A DNA stretch of 63,758 nt, the filler included, from Collodictyon triciliatum (Eukaryota): assembly GCA_043381765.1 (NCBI GenBank). It is 17 parts of 17 records of this genome, joined end to end, with 100 filler letters (N's around TTAATTAATTAA, not from the genome) between each part and the next. Parts side by side here need not be neighbours in the genome. Positions count along the whole stretch, not along the records: positions 1 to 4,010 come from JBHJMP010006596.1; positions 4,111 to 8,119 come from JBHJMP010006597.1; positions 8,220 to 12,228 come from JBHJMP010006598.1; positions 12,329 to 16,336 come from JBHJMP010006599.1; 13 more parts are not named here. One strand, 5' to 3'. The position numbers and the translations under genes were made by a program. Shown piece after piece: positions 1-12,492 of the stretch; positions within the stretch are counted from its first letter, which is position 1; each line of letters starts with the position of its first letter. Under the pieces are notes generated by a model. It made no database searches, had not been told where the DNA came from, and saw only the letters and a program-made list of their open reading frames with translations.

Positions 1-61
<61 letters not shown>

Positions 62-99
62 CACATTCATTATAAGGCACTCATTTTCATTATAATCAC

Positions 100-2912
100 C
101 TGAAAACATTATAGTTAGAGTCCTGCGCTCGACATAAAGGCCGTGTGCGTACATGGAATTGTTCATAATTCTTCTGACGACAGCAAGAGGCACAAATTTA
201 CCAAATGATTGAAGCGCAGAGTCCATAATCTAAGCAAACATTGATATTTTTGTGAAATAAAAACTTATATCAACCCTGTCCAATAAGATTAAAAGAATAT
301 ACTTGACCTTAAAAGAAGATTGTATCATTCTTATTTCCTTTAAGTTTGAATTTGAATTCGAATCTCCCTATTTCATCCAATAATACAAAAATTAGAAAGC
401 AATACATCAATTATTTTTTTAACGAATCTTGTAGTGAGTGAGGATTTAATATGAAAAAAATATATTGGTCTCACTAAGAGGTTTTTATCGGATCTTAAAC
501 ACCAATTTAGATACAGAAAAAAGTACTGTAATTTTGTTTTCAAAATCAAGCCTCGAAATATTCTCCATAGCATCCGCTACTATATTTAAGGGCCTATAGA
601 AATAAAATGTTTTGATATAGTATTTACTTTATCATAGAATATTTTAATGCTGTACATATTTATTGAATTCATTTAGAATTAAGAAAAAGAATTGCAATAT
701 AAATACATATTTTACCGGCTTATATATGTGGAAGCAGTCATTGTGGTGACGAGGGTAAATAGAAACAGAGCTGCAGTAAGAGATGATGATATAACGATCA
801 TCCTATCTACCTTTGAGTAAATATCTCCACGGGGTATCAATATCACAACTGTCTGTTCATAATTTGAGCTTTGTTAGCAACTCAATTACAAAAATTTATT
901 CTTTTTTGTTTATTACCCACTCCACACCACCTCTCGGATCAATTAGGGTGGAGGCAAAAGTAAGAAACTCCGTTTTTCCCACATACATGGAAAACTTTCG
1001 AATACCCTCGATGGATTCCAGATGGCCATTTTCATCTTTCCTGAGTTTCTAAGTGATTTATTAACAATTAAATATCATTAACTTTGGACACTAACATCTT
1101 TTGATAATGTAATGAAATCTAACGTTTGCTGATTTGACTATTATTTTGTTGCTACCGCTCGTGTAAGGAAGCATTGTACCATTTGCATCTGATATAGGCA
1201 CTTTAAGTGTGTTTGCAATTAATTTGCCATCCTGTCACGATAAATTCTCTTTAATTTTGGAGTTATAAATGCTTTGAATTTAGATATATTCTAGATATTT
1301 TTTATAATGTGATTTTAATTAGTTACTTTTTGGAGGATATAAGCATATCCATTTTTTGTAGTTGAAATGCTCTTAAGTTTCTCCTGAACAAGGTTTAGAT
1401 TCATCCCCACGGATGCTACTCCAATAATTCTGCCTTTATTGGCATACATATTTAAAATAAACAAACATGAATGAACTTATCACTTGATACTTTGAATAAT
1501 CCAATTACTTCTTTCGAGGTCTCTGTATATCGGTCTAACGGCAACAAAGCTCGGTATTCCTCCTCCAACAACCTTTGCAGTATATATAGGGCTCCATGTC
1601 GGCCCTCCCTTACTAACAGCAGCTTTGTACCTTTTTCACACGAAAAAAAAAGTCATTTAATTTCAATAATGTTTGACATTAGATAAATTTTTGATGTAAA
1701 ATGTAGCTTATTGACTTTATCTTCCAAAAAAACAAAAAAAAAACCATGGTCTGGAGGTAGAATTAAAGCCAGGTGAGCTATTTTCTATGTTCAGCTCATT
1801 GAATGGCGTCTTTATGTTACTTCTGGTAACTAAACCGTCTTTAAGATAATAACTAGTCTCTGGTGCTGCGCAAGCCCAAGAGGTAGGGCCACGATCCCTA
1901 TTTATGCCTAAGAAATTTATGACATGATTTTAAATATATGCAAGGCCGCAATAAACTATTAAGCGATGACTGTGGCACTACCCGCAAAACTTCCATCATT
2001 TAACCCGAAAAAAGCCTTAGAGAGTGACTTGGTTTCCTATTTAAGTTTTACACCACTGTCACAACTCTGTAACATAATAATTAAGAACCAGAAAAACCAA
2101 ATATCCATTCATGACTCCGGTATTGACAAATATGTATTAGAACCTCTACTATTCCAAGATTTGCTAATCTGGCCCAAATATTGTCGCATCTGGGTGCGCT
2201 TTCCTCTAAATTCATTTCAATAATTGTAGCCTCAAATGAACGCAAAATTTCGTGTGGTATCTCAAGTGCTGCTTGAATCTCTTTACGAATCCTTTCTACT
2301 GTCTAATCATAGAACAATCATTTTACTTTGATAAAATGGAGAAATCAAAGATATTCTACCCCTGTAGATATTTTAATTGTTTGAAAAAAATTCAAAAAAG
2401 ACCTGAGTCTGCAGCTGATTAGATAAATCATTGACAGACTAAATAATAGAATAAATGTCACTAAGTCTGGGAATTGTCTAGAAAAAAACTCCTCATGTGC
2501 CCCACCCCCTTTCGATTTAAATATATGCATGTGTATGTGTATTGTTTCCCTCAAGCAAATTTAAAAAGATTAAAGATTCTTACTGAGAAACCGAATGTGT
2601 AGGAAGGAACAACACTGACCAGGGAAACGGATACCACTGATAGAAAAGACAATAAGAGGATAGAATTCCGAAGCGAAATTGTATGTTTGGTGTGATTTTC
2701 TGATGCAGCCTAAATTTTAGTAGATCTATATTATGCTTCCATTCTTAAACAATCAAGAGGGTATCTTTGAACATATAAAGGTGTAATGCTGACTAGTTAA
2801 TAGGAAACCAGTTCACCTGAATCCAATTATTTCTGTTAATCTGGTTTGGAACTACAGAATCTTCCAAAACAAGCGTTATACGGGGTTTATTTTCCTGAAG
2901 ACGACCAGCCAT
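100..2912 (-). CDS. Receptor-type class III adenylyl/guanylyl cyclase, TM-dCache-TM-HAMP-cyclase (5' part, multi-exon, truncated at contig end); paralog 1
   Basis: Spliced minus-strand exons: MAGRLQENKPRITLV..., TM1 ISLRNSILLLSFLSVVSVSLVSVVPSYTFGFS, Cache motif SRPW|YKAAVSKGGPTWSPIY, TM2 MIVISSSLTAALFLFTLVTTMTASTYISR, HAMP PLNIVADAMENISRLDF...EIRMIQSSF, then ALQSFGKFVP...RRTLTIMFS entering the cyclase domain. GT-AG introns. Confidence 0.85.
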
Positions 2913-4010
2913 TCTTATCATATGTAAATATTTCATAAATTAATAAAGGTATTGGACCCCCGTCGAAAGTTTAATATTATAGGGAGTTACATTGATGTCT
3001 GAGAGTATTTAGTATCAAATGACGGTATAACAAATCGCGTATTTATATTTTTAAGAATTAGGATCAATAGATGTATGTTGCAATAATTAATATGGTGTTC
3101 TATCATAAACTGAAAAGTAATTTCATGATTTAATATTAACATATCATTATTTTTCACATCATTCCCTCAAAGTTTTTAGGAATAAAAGATATTATGAGGC
3201 TGTTGATTCATTAACGAAAATACGAACAACTTGCGATGGTAATTAAATTAAAAGTGTGGCACTAAAATTAATTCTTTTCTTGCAAAATTAGTCAGGAAAA
3301 TAGCTGAACAAATCGTTCAAAAAAACGCATCAAAGAATATTAAAGGGTCCAATTTATTTTGGAGAGAAAGAAAGGTGAACCATGTAGTCCATTTTGCAAT
3401 TCAACTTTCAACATGATCTGTGTGTCAACTTAAAAAGAATATAGGGTATCAGAAGTTCGTTACGACTTCGTGGAGAACTATATTGATTTTTTTTTAAAAA
3501 AAAAAAAAAACCTCCGATAAAAAATTAACTTTGCGAATATATATTTAGACTGCACTTTTTGCATTGGAAAGATGATTTCTTTAATGAATGTATATATAAA
3601 ATATAACAGGACAAAGATAGGAGAATGAATTAAATTTGGTTTTCCCTAAAGTAAGAAATGCAGATACCACTCTAGCTATCGAATAGAATGAATCAGATCA
3701 AAGTCTTCACCCTATCAAATAGAATAACACAAAGACACCTGAAAGCGATCGTAGTCCTTATTTTTATGATAAATCACAGAAAAATAAAAAAAAACGAGAC
3801 ATAGTATATGTTACAACTATTACACCAGCCTCATAATTTTATCTGTGTTCATCTTTCTTTTTTTCTTTTTTTCTTTTTTTCTTTTTTTCTTTTTTTCTTT
3901 TTTCTTTTTTTCTTTTTTTTCTTTTTTTTCTTTTTTTTCTTTTTTTTCTTTTTTTTCTTTTTTTTTCTTTTTTTTCTTTTTTTTCTTTTTTTCTTCATTC
4001 TTTTTCATTA

Positions 4011-4110
4011 NNNNNNNNNNNNNNNNNNNNNNNNNNNNNNNNNNNNNNNNNNNNTTAATTAATTAANNNNNNNNNNNNNNNNNNNNNNNNNNNNNNNNNN
4101 NNNNNNNNNN
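4011..4110. other. Artificial contig-joining spacer (44 N + TTAATTAATTAA + 44 N); 16 copies in the window
   Basis: Identical 100-nt spacers start at about 4011, 8120, 12229, 16337, 20444, 24551, 28656, 32756, 36861, 40966, 45013, 49116, 53218, 57320, 61423 and 62553. The 12-mer puts stop codons in all six frames. N-runs at 13018-13500 and 55640-55842 lack it and look like true scaffold gaps. Confidence 0.97.
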
Positions 4111-4374
4111 CCTCTTCCTCTTCCTCTTCCTCTTCCTCTTCCTCTTCCTCTTCCTCTTCCTCTTCCTCTTCCTCTTCCTCTTCCTCTTCCTCTTCCTCTT
4201 CCTCTTCCTCATCTTCTCTATGGTAACCTTTCCATGAGGCCAAAGGAAGGTATCGTTTATGGCCGTATTAACACTTGTAGCTGATTTATCAACAGACATA
4301 TATATGGAATTTTTCTTTATCTCATACATAAATTATTGCATGTGAGCCTAGCCGGAGGAGATTCTCAGTCCAGT

Positions 4375-7300
4375 ATGATGGGTATATGATATTTTTTTTA
4401 AAACATATTCCTTGTTTGAAGAATAAGACATAGTCCAATCTCATAGTTTTTTTTTTTTTGTCAAGTGGTTATTTCAAAAGAATGCTATTTCAAGACTGAC
4501 CAATATTGGTGCGCTTTGTATCAATAGCAAAGTCACCCACGTCGAATCCTAAGGACATATCAGCCACTCAGAACCTCATTCCTATTACCCCTGCTGCCCA
4601 AAAGGAGGAAAAGAAGAAGAAAAACCTCAGTACATATTTTATTCTAATTTTTGTATAATGGACTATTGCCATCTATCTCAATCATGATCAGAACGACGAT
4701 GGTCCATCAGACAATTCATCCTACTATTCCATTACTGTCAAGTACTAAAAAAAAAATATGTATAAAAATACTTTCATGTTTCAGTCACAAACTTCTTCAA
4801 AAAGAAAGAGGATGACGGTCTCCAAATATCCACCCCATACAACTTTTCACATGATGCACATGTATCTTTTGACTACGAAACTGGAGCTTTCCAGGCAAGT
4901 AAAAATGGAAGCAATTATGGTTTTATTCTCTTCATATGTTTGGGTTTGAGGGGAATACATGCACCGACGATTAATTTTAGTATTTGATAACTATATTATC
5001 TTATGTTGTTACTAGTTATTGATGTGGTTGTGGTTGTATAGCCTCTAGTAACTTACCTAACTCACCCATCGTCAATGACGGATCACAGGGGTTGCCAAAA
5101 GAGTGGGAGGCTCTACTCAACAGCGCCGGAATTTCAAAGGATGAGCAACGCCAAAACCCTCAGGCTGTCATCGATGCTCTGAAGTTTGCGGACCAACAGA
5201 TGAAGGGAACCATCAACGAGACCCTGAAGTCCACCATGATTGTGGATTTGGCGCAAAAATTGGACCAGGTCAACCTCGATGACATCAGACTTGATGACCT
5301 CGTTTCCAGCAAAGAGGACCCCACGAAGCTCTTTTCCAACATGCGCAAAATTGGCGAAGGGTGAGTCCAATCACAGCCACTTATATGCATTCGTCTTTTT
5401 ATTTCATGAGCACCTGCCTGGTGTACTTCGCACGCTATCTTCAAGTTGGTGTACCGCCTAAAGGACTACTTATTCATTCTTCCACCCCTAACCTGAATTC
5501 AGCGCGTCCGGACTGGTGTTCTTTGCCAAACATACGAAGCTTAATCGTGATGTATAGTTTATTTATTTATTAATTTATTTATCTGTTACTTTTCATTTTT
5601 GTCATAAAAGAAGATAATGAAATCAGTGCTGGCTACAATTTCTAGGCCTTCTCACCGCCATAACCTCCAAAATCAACCAAAGATATATCATTTATAGGTT
5701 GCTGTGAAAAAAATCGACATGTCTACAGAGTCAAACCAGAAACTGATCAAGTCGGAGATTTACAACATGAAGAGACTGAAACATCCTTGCATCGTCGAAT
5801 ATATTGCCAGTCATTACTGCGGGAGCGAAATATGGGTCAGAGGCTCAATTGACATTTGCTTGAAACTATCATTAGTATTATTCAGTTTATGTTATATAGC
5901 TGGTGTATTTTCCTCGTTGATCTTTCATCGATATACATCGCCTATGAAACCCAGGTAATCCTCGAGTTTATGGAGGGAGGCTCCCTTACGGAAATTGTAA
6001 CCAGCGAAAAACGGATGACTGAACCACAAATTGCCCGTATTTGCTATGATGTAACTTTTCCTTTGTTTTATCATAGGAAAGAATAAAAAAAAAATCATGT
6101 TTTCCATGATATTAAGAATAAAATAAAGTACATTCTGAATAATCATATACAATGCAAACAATTATACTTCTTCTATATTTGGGCTTTGGTCTAAATTTTA
6201 TGACATAGATCTGTGATTTTACCTCAACCCCGACTAAATATGTGCGTTGTAGTCTCTGTCTGCCCTTAACTTTTTGCACAAAGCATCCATGATTCACAGA
6301 GACATTAAGAGTGACAATATTCTCATCAACTCCAAGGGCGAAATCAAGCTTGGTAATTTTTTTTCTCGAGATCTTTATGTCAACTTTTTTTCCCCTATTC
6401 GTCTGCATTAGTCTAAAGACTTTGTTAAAGCGGACTTTGGATACTGCGCCCAGCTAACCAAGGAAAAGTCTAAACGGTAAATATATAAATACGTACTATC
6501 ATGGTCACCACCGCTCTGGGAAATGCATGTTCATTAAATTTTAGGTTGCACACTCATTTCTGTCATCCCATTTCATATTGTTTCATTTTTTTTTTTTTTA
6601 TTCTTAGAACGAGCGTTGTCGGAACACCCTACTGGATGGCTCCCGAACTTGTTCGAGGTCACGAGTATGGGACAAAGGTTCTATCTTTTTTCTACTATCT
6701 TTTTTCTACTATCTTTTTTCTACTATCTTTTTTCTACTATCTTTTTTCTACTATCTTTTTTCTAGTTATCATTCCTTTGTATCGCTCTTCCGTCTCTCGA
6801 TGAAACCAATATTACTGATGACATTTCTCCTTAAAAGGTGGACATTTGGAGCACTGGTATTCTCATTATCGAAATGACCGATGGCGAGCCGCCCTACATC
6901 GACTACCCACCAATCAGGGTAATCACCTTCATACTCTCTTTTTCCTCATATCATATCATTTTTACTTCTTCGATGCATTACCGCCCTTCAAGCACCGCAC
7001 AGCAGCTCTCCTTCACTCACTCACTCACTCACTCACTCACTCACTCACTCACTCACTCACTCACTCACTCACTCACTCACTCACTCACTCACTCACTTAC
7101 TCACTCACTCACTCACTCACTCACTCACTCACTCACTCACTCACAACTACCACAACTCACCATCATACACTGCATCATACACGCAGGCGCTTTTCCTCAT
7201 CGCGACCAACGGCACCCCAGAAATCAAACAGCCCGAGCGCCTCTCTGCAGACCTGAAGGCCTTTATGCTTTGGTGCCTCACCGTGGACGTGGAGAAGCGC

Positions 7301-7505
7301 GGGTCGGCCGAGGATTTGCTCAAGGCAAGTGGCTCTATCCACACAAACACACAAACCACAAAGACGCACAAACGCGCATAGTGTTTACTTTGCTGGTTGG
7401 AAGCCACCAGTCCATCTTATTTTCTCTCGCCGTCTGGCCACCGTGCAGCACAACTTCCTCAAGAAAGCGTGTCCCGGCGAAGGACTGCGCAATCTCCTCA
7501 GCTAA
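4375..7505 (+). CDS. PAK: p21-activated (PAK/Ste20) Ser/Thr kinase with CRIB domain, multi-exon; start codon uncertain
   Basis: [27 protein letters not shown]; kinase motifs [52 protein letters not shown]; stop TAA 7503-7505. Confidence 0.95.
6678..6762. repeat. Intronic ~15-bp tandem repeat (TTCTACTATCTTTTT)n
   Basis: About 5-6 direct copies inside a PAK intron. Confidence 0.85.
7013..7144. repeat. (TCAC)n microsatellite in a PAK intron (also 45113-45248 as (GTGA)n)
   Basis: Directly visible. One of many SSRs: (CCTCTT)n 4111, (AAT)n 8220, (GAAA)n 12134, (TTTG)n 15403, (TTA)n 16183 and 55334, (TATG)n 31329, (CTTT)n 44912, (AAAC)n 49011. Confidence 0.95.
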
Positions 7506-8219
7506 GGAAACTCCACACCGACGCGGAGTCCGACTGGCTGGCCTGGCCTCTTGACCTTGTTTCCCAAGAAAACAATTCCTACACAAAACAAATGCACTTT
7601 CGGTTCACACTGACTCGTTATTTCTTTTTTTTTTTTTTTATCAAATTCTTTTTTTTCCCTTTTTTTCTTCTTTTTCCTCCTTTATTTTTTCAGTTTCACT
7701 TGACTTTCTTTGCGTCGGCGTGATGCTCTACATCGTCGAGCTCAAGATAAAGAAAAGGAAGGGGAAAGTCGAACATCCGCCCCTGGGTGCTTTCTCTCAT
7801 CGTCCTTGACCCAGGCAGATTATCCTTTTTTTTCTTTTTTCTTTTTTCTTTTTCTTTTTCTTTTTCTTTTTCTTTTTCTTTTTCTTTTTCTTTTTCTTTT
7901 TCTTTTTCTTTTTCTTTTATTTTCTTTTATTTTCTTTTATTTTCTTTTATTTTCTTTTTCTTTTTCTTTTTCTCCTTTTTCCTTTTCTTTTATTTTCTGC
8001 TTTTTCCTTTTCTTTTATTTTCTTCTTTTTTTATCTTCTTTTTTTATCTTCTTTTTTTATCTTCTTTTTTTATCTTCTTTTTTTATCTTCTTTTTTTATC
8101 TTCTTTTTTTATCTTCTTTNNNNNNNNNNNNNNNNNNNNNNNNNNNNNNNNNNNNNNNNNNNNTTAATTAATTAANNNNNNNNNNNNNNNNNNNNNNNNN
8201 NNNNNNNNNNNNNNNNNNN

Positions 8220-8298
<79 letters not shown>

Positions 8299-8969
8299 AA
8301 TAAATAAATAAATAAACATTCTATTAAATGGTGTTATCATATTCAAATATATTTATCCATCTGCAACGGAAGCCATTTGTTGACAACTGAGAGGAATGTC
8401 GAACACCTAGGAGGGTTTTTTTCTTTGCCCAGAAATTTCTAATGAATCGATTAAACTAATCCATACGAGTAGAACATTGTGTTATGATTAAATAGCTAAA
8501 TTAATCGGTCTTGTTCTTTTCATAAAATCATATGCATGTTGGAATATAACAAAATTCTATTTCCTAGCCGTAAAATTCAATCATAGTTTTGAATAATGAT
8601 TGCGTGATAAAATATACCAGTCTATTTTTTCTTCTAACCCTATTGAGATATATGTATTTCTTCTTGTATACTATTTTCAAATTATGATAACTGTGTGGGG
8701 ATGCAACTAGAATGAAGTAATTATCATCTTCATTTGCTTCAGACTGAGATCATAACGTCTTCGGGCTCCCAAAAAGAATATAAAACTGACAGTGACAATA
8801 ATGATAAAATTAACAATCAACAGAGAGAAACCGAAACATCAAAATACCCCTCTCTTTTTCTTGACTTTTTTAAACTCCTGGATCCACGTTCGTGGCCTGA
8901 GTAGAACTTATGCACAGTTGATTGTTTTTGATATGTAATTTTTATTGACAATTTTCTAATTAACCAGTG

Positions 8970-11807
8970 ATGGCAAATCTTTCAAGATCGATGGCTATCA
9001 GCATCTTGTTTGGTGAGTATTTTATGTAAACAAGATTGTGTGAAAGGAAAGAATTCATATCATATATGCAGGATTGCTCGTGCTCTACCAAGTTGGATCA
9101 CTGAACGGACAAACACACCTGATGCGGACTATAATTGGCCAGGATAATGAAGTTTGGTGTGTGGCTGTTACACCAGATGGAACGAAGGTTGTCTCCGGTA
9201 GCTATCAACAAATTAAAATTTGGAATGTTAGTGATGGTTCCGAAATTCGCTCGTTAAATGGTCATTCAGATTGGGTCTGGAGTGTTAGTGTTACATCCGA
9301 TGCATCAAAGGTGGTGTCCGGAAGCTTTGATGGTACTATCAAAATATGGGAGATTTCGAATGGATCACTGATACGAACCTTAGTGGGTCATACTGGCCGT
9401 GTATACTTCGTTACCATAACACCAAATAACTCGAGGATTGTTTCTGGAGGAACTGATCAAATCGTCAGAATCTGGAATCTTTCCAACGGTGAGACACTTC
9501 ATAGCTTAACCGGACATACACATACCATCGAAATAGTCACTGTGACTCCTGATGGAACAATGGTTGTTTCTGGAAGTAATGATGATACTATCAAAATTTG
9601 GAGCATCGCCAATGGTTCTCTAATCAGAACTCTCATCGGGCACTACAGTTGGATCAGTAGTCTTGATGTAACGCCAGATGGATCTAAAATTGTGTCAGGA
9701 AGTGATGACAGTACAATTAAGATTTGGAACCTCTCTGATGGAACCCTGCTGAAGACGCTGGTCGGTCATACCAGAGATGTCAGAAGTCTAGTAATAACCC
9801 CAGATGGATCAAAAGTTATCTCGGCTAGTTGGGACAGTACAATAAAAATTTGGACTATCTCAGATGGATCACTGGTAGACACACTGACTGCGCACAGTCA
9901 TGATGTTAGAAGTATCGCCCTTACATTAGATGGTTCAAGACTAATATCTGGAAGTTTAGACCAAACCATCAAGGTATGGGATATATGCACACCAGGATTG
10001 AACTATAATTCGGTTTCAAAAAAGTGCGAGAAATGCCCAAAAGGAAGCTACAGTCAAGGTCTGAGTGCTTCGTGCTTATCGTGCCCAGTCGGGACATATA
10101 ATGACAAAGTTGGTGAATCTTGGTGCGCTCCTTGCCCAGTGGGGACATACAACCCCACACCTGGATCGACTAGTCTGGAATCTTGTCTCTCGTGTCCAAC
10201 AGGAACATTCAACAATAGGACTGAGGCGTACCAGTTGTCTTCTTGCGAACCATGTGCAGATGGAAGCTACAGTCCATCTCGAAGTTCCTTCTGTCTCTCT
10301 TGCTTACGAGGGTTTTATCAAAAGGAAGGAATTACCAAGAATCCAGAGTCATGCTTTCAGTGCCCGAAAGGAACTTCAACTTCGAAGCCTGGATCATATG
10401 GGAGCTCTTCATGTATTAAATGCAAAGGTGATTTTGTTGAGCACGAGGATCTCTCTTGTTTCCCAGAGGAATGTACAAATGATTTGGCCAACCAGTATCC
10501 TGCGTGTTTAAACTATACAAAAAATGTTCAGAAAATTGCTAGTTTTTTGAATGTGATCCAGTCATCAAAGTCAGAGATGATGGGATATCAAGTATCTCTG
10601 GTAAATGATATGGCATTCGTATCTGTGCCATTTTGTGCAACTCCGCCATCACCATGCGATGGTGGATACGTTTTAGTTTACCGACGGGAAGCTCGCAAAT
10701 TCACATTCTTGAAAAAGATTAGAAACCCCTTCTTTAATCGAGATGTTAATTTTGGAACATCTATTGATATAAAAGGCAAATATCTTGTTGCTTCTATCCC
10801 TAATTCAATGCGAGATATGGGTTCTAAAGGAAATGTGGCTATATACGAATGGAATCAGCTCTCCGAAACTTTCACCAAGACGTGCTCTGTAACGCCAGGT
10901 AGGTTTAAAAAAGATTCTACCTTCTCAAAGGCAATCAGTGTTGTGGATAACCAAATAGCCGTGGGTTCTCCAGGATACCAGGTATCCGAAGCAGTAAATT
11001 CAGGAAGAGTTTACATTTTCCGAGTTGATTCCTTGAAGAAATGCGATGCTTTGGTTGTTATTAATTCTTTCCTCAAGTTACCCAATGAATATTTCGGTTC
11101 TGCCTTATCGTTCAACAGTGAGTCTATGATTGCTATTTCGAATCGCCCCCTTGATAAGAGCTATGAATCTGTTTTCATCATGAGCAAATCGAACAAAAAT
11201 TGGTATTTGAGTCATACAATATCAGACAAGAAAAAAATTGGGTTTGGGTGGAGGATTCTTTTCGTCAAAGGCCTACTGCACATCTCATCCCTTAAAGATA
11301 GCACCGTTTTACCCAATGCAGGGTCTATAAGTGTTTATGAAGTGAAAACTCAGGGCCATCTAAAGTTGAGTCATACCATAAGACCATTTAGAAGCTTGAA
11401 GGACCAACAATTTGGTTTCAGCTTTGATTCGGATGGAACAAGGCTTGTTGTTGGAACCAATCCTTGCGATGGAGAATCGACATGCACAACAACACGTAAA
11501 TAATTTCCTATGAATATGTGAAAAATATGAAGACATTAGGGTAGTATTTTTATTATTTTTTTTTAAAAAAAATTCAACTGAAGAATAACAATAATGCACA
11601 CCAAACAAATCGATAGGTATCGTCTACGTTTTCAAAGAAATTGATAATCAGTGGATCGAATACAGCAGATACAATAACGAGGCCTCTGATGGCTCTGATG
11701 GCTTTGGATTCGATGTTGCAGTCCTGAATTCAACAACCTTGATATCTGCACCCTACGAAACATCTAAAGGTATTCGCAAGGGAGTTGTCTACGTGGTTGA
11801 AGACTAG
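8970..11807 (+). CDS. Predicted secreted mosaic protein: signal peptide + ~7 WD40 repeats + Cys-rich (GCC2/GCC3, ephrin-receptor-like) repeats + FG-GAP-like beta-propeller
   Basis: Exons 8970-9012, 9072-11495, 11617-11807 (GT-AG, frame kept). N-terminus MANLSRSMAISILFGLLVLYQVGSLNG; WD repeats GH..V..V.VTPDG..VSGS.D.TIKIW; CPxGTY/CxxC repeats; FG(T/S/F)S..I..G..L.VG..GxVYIF repeats; TAG 11805-11807. Confidence 0.85.
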
Positions 11808-12135
11808 AAAATGCTCCTGTCGGGGAACATAAAAACAGTTTCTTCCACATATTTGTATTTTTGAGTCCTTCAGTTTTTTCGAACCCGAAAGTCCGACCCA
11901 ACGGGTGAATGTAAAAAACACTATATCATTTCCACATATATACTATTGACGATAAACCCTTTTGTGGAAAATATGCCGTTGTGGAGCTGAAGAAGAAAAC
12001 CTGTACCCGAGTCCATCTTGGAGTGATCTGGGAAAAGTCCTTGGAAGGGATTTGATTGAAGGTGTCTGTTGAAGCCCGACCCACTCGAACGATTCTTCTG
12101 TCATTTGAAAAGGTGATACACAGGCACACGCACGA

Positions 12136-12227
<92 letters not shown>

Positions 12228-12328
12228 ANNNNNNNNNNNNNNNNNNNNNNNNNNNNNNNNNNNNNNNNNNNNTTAATTAATTAANNNNNNNNNNNNNNNN
12301 NNNNNNNNNNNNNNNNNNNNNNNNNNNN

Positions 12329-12398
<70 letters not shown>

Positions 12399-12492
12399 AA
12401 AAAACAACCAAATTGAATACCCTATAACACTCAGACACAGACATAGACACAAAAAACATCTGCCCACGTCCACGCACAGCAAAGCCAGAGAC

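Noticed and set aside
4055-4066. Regularly spaced palindrome TTAATTAATTAA as a biological repeat or CRISPR-like array
   Set aside because: Always centred in exactly 88 Ns; it is a six-frame-stop assembly linker.
3808-4329. Poly-F/K/E/RK ORFs here and similar SLTH, FVCL, poly-I/L ORFs elsewhere
   Set aside because: Translations of intronic or intergenic microsatellites running into N-gaps.
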